A stretch of 64,000 nucleotides of DNA, taken from Labilithrix sp. GTDB lineage: Bacteria > Myxococcota_A > Polyangia > Polyangiales > Polyangiaceae. The notes beneath the pieces were generated by a model, which saw only the letters and a program-made list of their open reading frames with translations, ran no database searches and was not told where the DNA came from. Position 1 is the first letter of the stretch, and every line of letters starts with the position of its first letter. A program made the position numbers and the translations under genes. The DNA lies in assembly GCA_046351255.1 (NCBI GenBank), contig JAXLYU010000005.1, positions 1,146,583 through 1,210,582 on the forward strand. The letters are read 5' to 3'. Shown here piece after piece: positions 57,188 through 64,000 of the stretch.

Positions 57188-58597
57188 TTAGTCGCGGAGA
57201 CCGTGTTTCTTGACGAGACGCTTCAACACATGTCGGTTCGCGAGCCCGAGATCCCGCCAGGCCTGCTCCTGACTGCCGGCCCTCTCGATCGCGGCCCGGA
57301 CGACTTCCGCCGAGAGATCGCGCACGTCCACGCGGGAGCCCTGGCTCGGAGCGCCCTCGGTCAGCGCCGTTTCCACCTCCGGCACGAGCTCCGCCGTATC
57401 TCCGTGGCTCTCCGACAGTGCAGCCCAGAGGAGCATGTCCAGCTCGCGAATATGTGTGGAATACGCATGCAATACGAGCGCGCGCATGAGGCCGAGACCG
57501 ATGCGCGGCTCACCGGTCTTTCCGTCCCAGCCGGCGAAGAAGCGCTCGCCGATGGCCGGGTCTTCGACCGCGGCGCGCTGCAGGAGATGACGGGCGAGGA
57601 GCGGAATGTCCTCTCGGCGCTCCTCGAGGCCCGGCGTCGAGATGCGCAGCTTGAACCGCGCCGCGACGTCGGACTTGAGCGAGGCCGCGGCGCGGTTCGT
57701 GGCCGCGATGAGGCGGAACTTCGACGTGCGCGCCCGCGTGTCGCCGAGGCGCTGGTACTCGCCGCGATCGTCGAGGACGCGGAGGAGCTTCGTGGCGAGC
57801 TCGGCGGGCAGCTCGCCGATCTCGTCGAGGAAGAGCGTGCCGCCATCGGCTTCGCCCACGAGGCCCGGGCGCTCCGGCATTCCCGCGTTCGGATAGTTGG
57901 CGACGTGCCCGAAGAGCTCTGCGTCGATGAGCCCGGACGGTAGCGTGGCGGCGTTTCGGCTCACGAGGCGCTTGGAGCCTCGTGACAGCTCGTGAACGGA
58001 GCGCGCGACGATCTCCTTGCCAGTGCCGCTCGCGCCGAGAAGGAGCACGTGCGCGGAGCGCGCCGCCACGAACGCGGCGCTGTCGCGGAGCCGCCACGCG
58101 GCGGGGCTCTCGCCGACGAAGCCGTGCGCATCGGCGTGGCCGAACGCCGGGCGTTCCGTCGGGAGGTTCTTGAGCGCCGGCATCACGCGCGGGCGCCGCG
58201 CCGCGAGGAGGAGGAGACGGCCCTTGATCTCGATGACCTCGCCCTCCTTCACGGTGTCCTCGGAGACGGAGTGGCCGTCGACGAGCAGCTCCCGCTTGCC
58301 GAGGTTCTCGACGTGAATGCCGTCTCCGCGGGCAGTGAGCCGGAGCTGATCGCGCGAGAGGAACGGATCCTCGAGCGCCGGCGCGTCCTCCGTGAGGCCT
58401 GGGCGCTGCCTTACGGGGACGACCCCGCGCCCGAGCACGAACGGCCGATCGCCATGGAGGAGCGGTAGCCACGCGCCGAGCAGCGCGGACCCGGCGTCGG
58501 GCGCCGTGCCGACGATGACGAAGCCCGGATCCGCCGGCTCCCGATGGCGCTCGGCGACCCGGGAGTCGGTATCGAGGGTGTCGTCACGCGCAGCCAC
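57188..58597 (-). CDS. FHA domain + sigma-54 interaction domain + HTH transcriptional activator
   Basis: N-terminal FHA-like (PFVLGRG...DPFLSRDQLRL...LVDGHSV). VLLLGASGTGKE, GHVANYPNAGMPERPG (GAFTGA variant), LFLDEIGEL. C-terminal HTH. Confidence 0.85.
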   Translation of the reverse strand: MAARDDTLDTDSRVAERHREPADPGFVIVGTAPDAGSALLGAWLPLLHGDRPFVLGRGVVPVRQRPGLTEDAPALEDPFLSRDQLRLTARGDGIHVENLGKRELLVDGHSVSEDTVKEGEVIEIKGRLLLLAARRPRVMPALKNLPTERPAFGHADAHGFVGESPAAWRLRDSAAFVAARSAHVLLLGASGTGKEIVARSVHELSRGSKRLVSRNAATLPSGLIDAELFGHVANYPNAGMPERPGLVGEADGGTLFLDEIGELPAELATKLLRVLDDRGEYQRLGDTRARTSKFRLIAATNRAAASLKSDVAARFKLRISTPGLEERREDIPLLARHLLQRAAVEDPAIGERFFAGWDGKTGEPRIGLGLMRALVLHAYSTHIRELDMLLWAALSESHGDTAELVPEVETALTEGAPSQGSRVDVRDLSAEVVRAAIERAGSQEQAWRDLGLANRHVLKRLVKKHGLRD

Positions 58598-58722
58598 CGC
58601 CGCTCGTTACCCCGGGGGCGCGCCCGGGCGCGCCCGCGAAGTGACCGGCGGCGCCGGCGTGCGAAGGAGCGTTTTTCCGAGAAAAATGCCTCGCCCTGCG
58701 GCGAAAAGGGCGCGCCCGCCCC

Positions 58723-58738
58723 TGGACCATCGGTTGCT
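58723..58738 (+). promoter_or_regulatory. Candidate sigma-54 (-24/-12) promoter
   Basis: TGGACC-ATCGG-TTGCT (consensus TGGCAC-N5-TTGCW; GG and GC spaced correctly), ~55 bp upstream of the lipoprotein gene at 58792 and next to the divergent FHA-sigma-54 activator gene. Confidence 0.45.
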
Positions 58739-58791
58739 CGAGGGGCGCACGCGGGTCGCCATGACCCTCGTTCATTCGAAGGAGAGCAATC

Positions 58792-60114
58792 TTGAAGAGC
58801 ACTTCTCTGGGCTTCGTCGGTCTTTCGACTCTGATCACGACCGCAGCGGCCGTCATCGCGCTCACCGCCGCGTGCGCGCAGCAGAACAAGGACGACGATG
58901 ACGCGGATGGTGGGTCGACGTCCTCCGGTGGCGCCTCGTCGTCGGGTGGGATCGGCGACGGTGGTCCGGGCTCGAGCAGCGGCAACAGCTCCGGCGGCAG
59001 CACGTCGAGCGGCGCGCCGATCGGGAGCTGCTCGACCGCGACGCTCTGGGCGGGCAACCCGACGTTCGATGCGCCGGACCCGAGCACGCGTCCCACGGAT
59101 GGCACGGGCATCCTCGCGGACCCGCCGTTCCAGTGGGGCAGCCTGACCTTCGTCGGCAACACGCTCTTCACGCGTGACACGGGCGAGATCTGGTACGTCG
59201 ACACGTCCGCCGCGTCGCCGGTGGAGAAGCACCTCATCGGCAAGAACGCGGGGGACGAGACGAAGATCAAGTTCGGCGCCTGCAACGCGGCGCTGCTCGG
59301 CGCCATCCAGGGCATGGCCGTCTTGAAGGATGGCTCGCTCGTCGCCCCGGACGCGTGGGCGAACGACGTCATTCACATCAAGGATCCGCAGGGCGCCGGC
59401 TGTACGGTGGAGTCGTGGGCGGGCACGAAGGACGATGTCACCTTCACGGGGACGAACTATCCGAACCTCGGCGACATCGATGGCCCGCTCGGGACCTCGA
59501 AGATCGGTTATCCGACCGCGGTCGCCACCGACGGCACGGATACCGTCTATTTCTATGACGGCCAGGCGCGCAAGTTCAAGAAGATCGCCAATGACGCCAC
59601 TCACACCGTCTCGACGATCGGCAAGATGCCGGACGACCTCGATATCTGTTACGGCATGATCAACATCGGGAGCACGATTTACGCTCTCGGATATGGCACG
59701 AGCGCCGACGGCAGTGTGACCAATATCTACAAGATCGACGGCACGAACATCACCAAGGTGGGCGGCGGCACGGCCGATTACTGGGGTCTCGGTACCACCC
59801 CGCAGCTCGGCGGTATCACCACCGACGGTACGAACATCATCGTCGCGGGCATGGGCTACATGTGGCTCGTCACGCTCTCCGACGCCAAGGCCAAGGTCAT
59901 CGCGGGGAGCGGCGAGCGTGTCGATCTCGTGAAGGCGGGATATGACCCGAAGGCCTCGCATCCCGCGCTCGAGGTCACGCTCAAGCCCAAAGGCAGCGCG
60001 AGCTTCGCCTCGGTCGGATCACCCGACTACCTCGCGTTCAAGGACGGCGCCGTCTACTACCGCGGCCACGGCGTGAGCACCGCGTCGTACGTCGAGAAGA
60101 TTCAGTGCCAATAG
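58792..60114 (+). CDS. Secreted lipoprotein, probable beta-propeller (NHL-like repeats)
   Basis: Lipobox LTAACAQ. Gly/Ser-rich linker. Repeated ...DG..YV.D... blades (IWYVDTS, TVYFYDGQ, NIYKIDGTN, GAVYYRGHG). Confidence 0.55.
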   Translation: MKSTSLGFVGLSTLITTAAAVIALTAACAQQNKDDDDADGGSTSSGGASSSGGIGDGGPGSSSGNSSGGSTSSGAPIGSCSTATLWAGNPTFDAPDPSTRPTDGTGILADPPFQWGSLTFVGNTLFTRDTGEIWYVDTSAASPVEKHLIGKNAGDETKIKFGACNAALLGAIQGMAVLKDGSLVAPDAWANDVIHIKDPQGAGCTVESWAGTKDDVTFTGTNYPNLGDIDGPLGTSKIGYPTAVATDGTDTVYFYDGQARKFKKIANDATHTVSTIGKMPDDLDICYGMINIGSTIYALGYGTSADGSVTNIYKIDGTNITKVGGGTADYWGLGTTPQLGGITTDGTNIIVAGMGYMWLVTLSDAKAKVIAGSGERVDLVKAGYDPKASHPALEVTLKPKGSASFASVGSPDYLAFKDGAVYYRGHGVSTASYVEKIQCQ

Positions 60115-60212
60115 TGGCCTGAACGTCGAACGCCGCGCAGACCTCCGTCCACTGCTCTTCGGCGCGGAGGCTGCGCGGCGTGCGGCGAGCCATCGGGGCC
60201 GGGAGGCACTCT

Positions 60213-61418
60213 TCAGTCGCGATCGATGGTCGAGCCACGGGACTTCGCGTACCGCGCGAGTCCCAGGGCCTGGTCCTTCGTGAGCACCGTCTTGAACGAC
60301 GGCATCGCGCTACCGGGCTTCGACGCTTGCGGATCGAGGATCCACTCCGCGATCTGCTCATCGCTCCTGGCCGCCGCGTTGGCGAGCTTGTCGCGATGGG
60401 GGCCGTTCGGACCGTGGCACGTGATGCAGCCCAGATTCGTGAAGAGGAGCTCGGGCGGATCGTTCACGCTCGGCTTCTGCAGCGGCGCCCCGCCGGCCGT
60501 GTTCGAGCGCACCACCTTCGGTACCGTGCGGAGGTACGCGTAGATCGCTTCGATGTCCGTCCGGTCGAGACGCGAGAAGAGCGGCATCGGTCTTCGCACG
60601 AGATAACCGTCCGGCGTGATGCCTCGTCCGACGGCGCGCTCGAAGTCGTCGACGCTCCACTTGCCGATCCCCGTCGCCTCGTCGGGCGTGATGTTCTTCG
60701 ACCAGATCTTCGCGCCCGCCGGGTCGACCAGATCGAAGCCGCCCGCGAACGCGTTCGGATCGTGCATCTTGTCGTCGCCAAAGCCCTCCGTGTGGCACGT
60801 GGCGCAGTCGAGCACCTCGACCATGTAGCGGCCGTACTCGACGCTGGGCGCCTTCGGCGGGACCGGCACGCCCGAGGCCTGGCCTCGCACCTGGAGGCTG
60901 GCGGCGTAGGTGATCACGAGCGCGCCCGTGATCGTGAGCTTCGTGTGCGGCTGAGCCTCGCCCGCGGGATCGAAGACGGGCGTGCTCGAGCGCATGTAGC
61001 CGAGGATGGCGGCCACGTCGGCATCGCCGATCGCGCTGAAGCTGCTCATGGCGGGCGAGAGTCGCCCGTCCGGCAGGACGCCGTGGCGGATGGCGCGCGC
61101 GATCTGACCGTCGCTCAGCTTCCGGACGCCCTCGGTCGGGTGGACGAGGTTCGCGGAGTAGAAGTCACCGAGGAACTTCGGGACCTCGTCGAGGTGCTTG
61201 CCGGTCGGGCGCCCGTCCGGACCGCCGTGGCACTCGAGGCAGATCGAGTGAAAGAGGAGCTCGCCGCGTGCGACACCGGTGGGGGAGCGATCCGCGACGA
61301 TGGGCGGCTCGGCGACCTCCGCGTAACTGCGCGACACCACGTACTCCGCCCGCGCGACCAGCCCGGCCACGACGACGACCACCCCCACCAGAAGCCATTT
61401 CCACCACTTGCGAGCCAT
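60213..61418 (-). CDS. Membrane-anchored tri-haem c-type cytochrome
   Basis: N-terminal TM anchor. Three CxxCH motifs (CLECHG, CATCHT, CITCHG), each followed by Met-containing segments. Confidence 0.8.
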   Translation of the reverse strand: MARKWWKWLLVGVVVVVAGLVARAEYVVSRSYAEVAEPPIVADRSPTGVARGELLFHSICLECHGGPDGRPTGKHLDEVPKFLGDFYSANLVHPTEGVRKLSDGQIARAIRHGVLPDGRLSPAMSSFSAIGDADVAAILGYMRSSTPVFDPAGEAQPHTKLTITGALVITYAASLQVRGQASGVPVPPKAPSVEYGRYMVEVLDCATCHTEGFGDDKMHDPNAFAGGFDLVDPAGAKIWSKNITPDEATGIGKWSVDDFERAVGRGITPDGYLVRRPMPLFSRLDRTDIEAIYAYLRTVPKVVRSNTAGGAPLQKPSVNDPPELLFTNLGCITCHGPNGPHRDKLANAAARSDEQIAEWILDPQASKPGSAMPSFKTVLTKDQALGLARYAKSRGSTIDRD

Positions 61419-61450
61419 CGAACCCGCTAGTGGCGCTCGGCGTCTCTACG

Positions 61451-61999
61451 TTACACGCCGTTCGGCGCCGACCAGTCCAGCTCGAGCAAGAGCTGCTTCT
61501 CACCGGCGCGATGGCCCCAGAAACGCGTGATCACGGCGCCCATGGCGTCTGCCCGTCGGGCGAGCGAGGCCTCGCAACAGAGATAGATGGCGTCGCCACC
61601 CTTCTCGAAGAGGACGTCGGGCATCGTCTTCACGGAGCCGATGCCCTCGACGAGGTTCTCCACGTCCACGCGGTCCACGCTCGCGAGGTCGAGCGGGACC
61701 TTGATGATGAGGAGCTCCGCGTCCGGCGGGATCTCCCAGGCGCCGGCCATGGTATCGACGTAGAAGACGCGGCCGCCCTCCTGGCGCAGTCGTTCGGCCT
61801 GGGCGGCGGTGGCGAAGTTCGGCAGCGTTCCGCGCCTCGCGAGATCGAACAGCGAGGCGGTGAGCGAGTCGAACGCGACGAGCTCCCTTGCGGTCCCCGC
61901 GAGCGCTCGCGCGAAGAGCTCCTCCTCGTACGCCTCGTCGTCGTCGCGCTCTTCGCCGCGGACGTAGTCGTCGAGTCGCTCGAGGAGCTTGTCTCTCAT
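61451..61999 (-). CDS. Putative anti-sigma factor / sigma-coupled protein
   Basis: ATG at 61999 overlaps the ECF sigma stop (ATGA). Soluble acidic protein with no recognisable domain. Assignment is by position only. Confidence 0.35.
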   Translation of the reverse strand: MRDKLLERLDDYVRGEERDDDEAYEEELFARALAGTARELVAFDSLTASLFDLARRGTLPNFATAAQAERLRQEGGRVFYVDTMAGAWEIPPDAELLIIKVPLDLASVDRVDVENLVEGIGSVKTMPDVLFEKGGDAIYLCCEASLARRADAMGAVITRFWGHRAGEKQLLLELDWSAPNGV

Positions 62000-62577
62000 C
62001 GTGCCTGCTCCCAGGTTAGCTTCGGAGACGACTCCACGCACTGACGCAGCGCAGCGATGCTGCGATGGCGGATCACCCGCACGTTCGCCGGTGAGAGCTC
62101 CATCCTCGCCGCGATCTCGGCGTCGGTCGCGTCCTCGAAGTAGCTCCCGTGCAGCACGTTCTGCGCTTTGCCCGTGAGGAGCGAGAGACAGTCCTCGAGG
62201 CGCGCGCGCTCGAGCAGCACGGGCTCCTGCGCCTCCGTCACACCCGTGAAGTCGGCGAACTTCTCCCAGGCGCTCTGCCGGCGATCGCGCACCTTGGCGC
62301 GCTCGCGGGCGAGGTTGTGGCAGATGCCGAGCGCGAACGACGCGGCCCGGCTGGGATCGTCGATGCGGTCGTCCTGGACCGCCTCGACGAACGCGAGGAG
62401 AGCGTCCTGCGTGAAGTCGTCGACCGCCTCGCGCTGGCCAAGCCGGCGACGCGCGTACGCGCGGACGGCCGGGGCGAGGCGACCGAGGAGCTCCTGGTAC
62501 GCGGCTCCGTCCCCCGAACGCGCCTTCGTCAGCAGCTCGGCGGTCGGCGAAGGCTGGATCGGTGCGCCTTCTTGCAT
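61996..62577 (-). CDS. ECF (sigma-E-like) sigma factor
   Basis: Region 2 FTQDALLAFVEAVQD...ICHNLARERAKVRDRR. Region 4 VLHGSYFEDATDAEIAARMELSPANVRVIRHRSIAALRQC. Confidence 0.85.
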   Translation of the reverse strand: MQEGAPIQPSPTAELLTKARSGDGAAYQELLGRLAPAVRAYARRRLGQREAVDDFTQDALLAFVEAVQDDRIDDPSRAASFALGICHNLARERAKVRDRRQSAWEKFADFTGVTEAQEPVLLERARLEDCLSLLTGKAQNVLHGSYFEDATDAEIAARMELSPANVRVIRHRSIAALRQCVESSPKLTWEQAR

Positions 62578-62596
62578 CGATCCTCTTCTAGCGGGC

Positions 62597-63916
62597 TCAC
62601 TTAAGGAAGTCGATGGCGACGTCGATCTCCTTCAGGCGGCCAGTATCGCTCCCATCGCTCGCGCGGTCGCCGCGGACGCGCTTCACGGCGTCCGCATACT
62701 CGGGCTTGTTCGACGCCTTTGCGAGGAACGTGTTGAAGCTCTTCTTCGCGTCCTCGAGCGTCGCGATCGTCTTCGCCTTGTCACCGCCCGCCTTCGCCTT
62801 GAACTCCTGTGTGAGAATGCCCTCGTTGTAATAGGCATCGGCGCGATTCGGGTCGATCCTCTTCGCCGCGTCGAGCTCGGCCTGCGCCGCGCGCACGAGG
62901 TCTTCGTAGTTGGTCTCGGCGCCGGTGATGGGACCGCGGAGCGCGAGCGAGAGCCCGAGGTGGGCGTCGTAGTCGTTCGGGCGGATCTCGAGCGCGTGCC
63001 GATACGCCTGTTCTGCTTGCTTGAAGCCGCGGAAGCCGAGGTTCACGGCCGCGTAGTTCATGTGCGCTTCGAAGAACCGGGGGTCGAGCTCCGCGGCCTG
63101 GCGGAACTCGCTCACCGCGCCGTTCACGTGGCTCAACGCATTTTCGATGAGCCCCGCGGTATTGTGAATGGGCGCGTAACTGGGATTCCGCTTGATGGCT
63201 TGTGAGCACACGAGCGCCGCGAGCTCGAGCTGCTGCACGTCGGCCTTCTTCCCTCCGCCGGCGCGCTTCCGGGCGAGCTGGAGGTAATAGAGCGCGAGCT
63301 GGTTCGACGCGGGCATGAAGGTCTCGTCGATGGCGAGCGCGCGCTGGAGATTCAGCTTCGCGCAGTCCATGTCGTCCTTGCAGCCGGTCCCGCCCTGCGC
63401 GCTGTCACGGGCCATCTGGACCGCCGCGAGATCGACCAGCGCGGGGACATTGCGGAACTCGGCGTCCGCGACCGCCTGCTGGAGCGCGCCGATGGCGGCG
63501 TCCTTGTTGCCGTCGGACTTGTACCGATAGAGCGCGAGCTGAGCGCGCGCGTGATGGAGCTTTGGGTTCACGACGAGCGCAGCCTCGAGCTTCGCCTGCG
63601 CGTTCCGGTCGTCGCTGCAGCGTTGATAGGCGAGGCCGGCGTCGTAGAGCGCCTGGGCGTTCCTCGGTACGGCGTCGAACGCGGCGACGACCTCGGCGCA
63701 CACGGCGGGCGTCCAGTCGTTCTTCTTGTCGTGGGCGACGAAGAGGTCGACCGCGGCGTCGAACTTCGCTGCTTCCTCGACCGTCGGCTTTGGCGGCGGC
63801 TCGGCCGGCGGCGTGAGCTTCGGCGGTGCGGTCGAGGTGACGCCACATGCGGCGGTGAGGAGGAGAGCTCCGGTGCCCAGGATCCCGAGGAGACGTCGCA
63901 TCTCCGCGTCCGACAC
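62597..63916 (-). CDS. TPR-repeat lipoprotein
   Basis: Lipobox LLTAACG. Multiple 34-aa TPR-like repeats (AQALYDAGLAYQRCSDDRNAQAKLEAAL..., HMNYAAVNLGFRGFKQAEQAYRHALEI..., AYYNEGILTQEFKAKAG...). Confidence 0.75.
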   Translation of the reverse strand: MSDAEMRRLLGILGTGALLLTAACGVTSTAPPKLTPPAEPPPKPTVEEAAKFDAAVDLFVAHDKKNDWTPAVCAEVVAAFDAVPRNAQALYDAGLAYQRCSDDRNAQAKLEAALVVNPKLHHARAQLALYRYKSDGNKDAAIGALQQAVADAEFRNVPALVDLAAVQMARDSAQGGTGCKDDMDCAKLNLQRALAIDETFMPASNQLALYYLQLARKRAGGGKKADVQQLELAALVCSQAIKRNPSYAPIHNTAGLIENALSHVNGAVSEFRQAAELDPRFFEAHMNYAAVNLGFRGFKQAEQAYRHALEIRPNDYDAHLGLSLALRGPITGAETNYEDLVRAAQAELDAAKRIDPNRADAYYNEGILTQEFKAKAGGDKAKTIATLEDAKKSFNTFLAKASNKPEYADAVKRVRGDRASDGSDTGRLKEIDVAIDFLK

Positions 63917-64000
63917 GAGCGGTCGGGCTTGCTTGGGTCAGCGATCCGGAAAAAGCTTCATTTCTTCGTGCGGAGCGTGCGAAGCCAGGCCTTCATCTCG

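Noticed and set aside
63958-64000. Possible 3' end of a minus-strand gene (…MKAWLRTLRTKK*) at the window edge
   Set aside because: Only 13 codons are visible, so it cannot be supported from this window.

Overview
This is a ~70% GC chromosomal segment, with about 58 genes called on both strands (plus three partial or ambiguous reading frames) and two tRNAs. It is most likely from a myxobacterium (Myxococcota). The taxonomic call rests on two secreted paralogs ending in MYXO-CTERM-like sorting tags (Cys-containing motif, then a hydrophobic stretch, then an RRRR tail), many lipoproteins with L-A-A-C lipoboxes, several sigma-54 activators including one with an FHA domain, a Ser/Thr kinase, and several signalling gene clusters. 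No CRISPR array, transposase or integrase was seen.

Contents, in order:
- **1-6.1 kb:** a regulatory cluster with HTH-receiver (partial), receiver-EAL, two PilZ proteins, a FliA-like sigma factor translationally coupled to a receiver-Fis regulator, and a receiver-less sigma-54 activator with a co-transcribed Cys-motif protein.
- **6.1-9.1 kb:** an unusual lipoprotein with three tandem DsbA-like thioredoxin domains fused to an FKBP isomerase, followed by an outer-membrane-protein-like ORF.
- **9.2-12.6 kb:** an ArsB/NhaD permease, a lipoprotein, and aspartate kinase.
- **12.7-14.1 kb:** an orphan FliO/FliP pair, a small lipoprotein, and tRNA-Ala(CGC).
- **14.4-25.5 kb:** hypotheticals, an ECF-like sigma factor, a lipoprotein with a CxxCH motif, a metallo-beta-lactamase-fold lipoprotein, an AraC regulator, a DUF3298-like lipoprotein, and a DUF2330-like MYXO-CTERM protein.
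- **25.6-32.6 kb:** tRNA-Pro(TGG) followed by a complete chemosensory operon cheA-cheW-mcp-cheR-cheB. The MCP is a soluble globin-coupled sensor with two PAS domains.
- **32.8-37.6 kb:** a 7TM histidine kinase with a LuxR response regulator, and a hybrid kinase.
- **37.7-43.7 kb:** a Cys-rich lipoprotein, a Zn-ribbon membrane protein, an HMGL-like metallolyase coupled to a PAS-GGDEF cyclase, a pentameric ligand-gated ion channel homolog, and two small coupled genes.
- **43.8-48.6 kb:** a single 1215-aa ORF fusing topoisomerase III to a RecQ helicase, translationally coupled to two 2OG-Fe(II) oxygenase-like genes. This is the most striking feature in the window.
- **48.6-64 kb:** an S1 protease, an IPNS-like oxygenase, an M23 peptidase, a second DUF2330-like MYXO-CTERM paralog, a Ser/Thr kinase, a dual-receiver hybrid kinase, an FHA-sigma-54 activator divergent from a lipoprotein gene that carries a candidate sigma-54 promoter, and a TPR / ECF sigma / anti-sigma / tri-haem cytochrome c operon.

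All functional calls are from motif recognition by eye on the provided translations. None has been confirmed by a database search.
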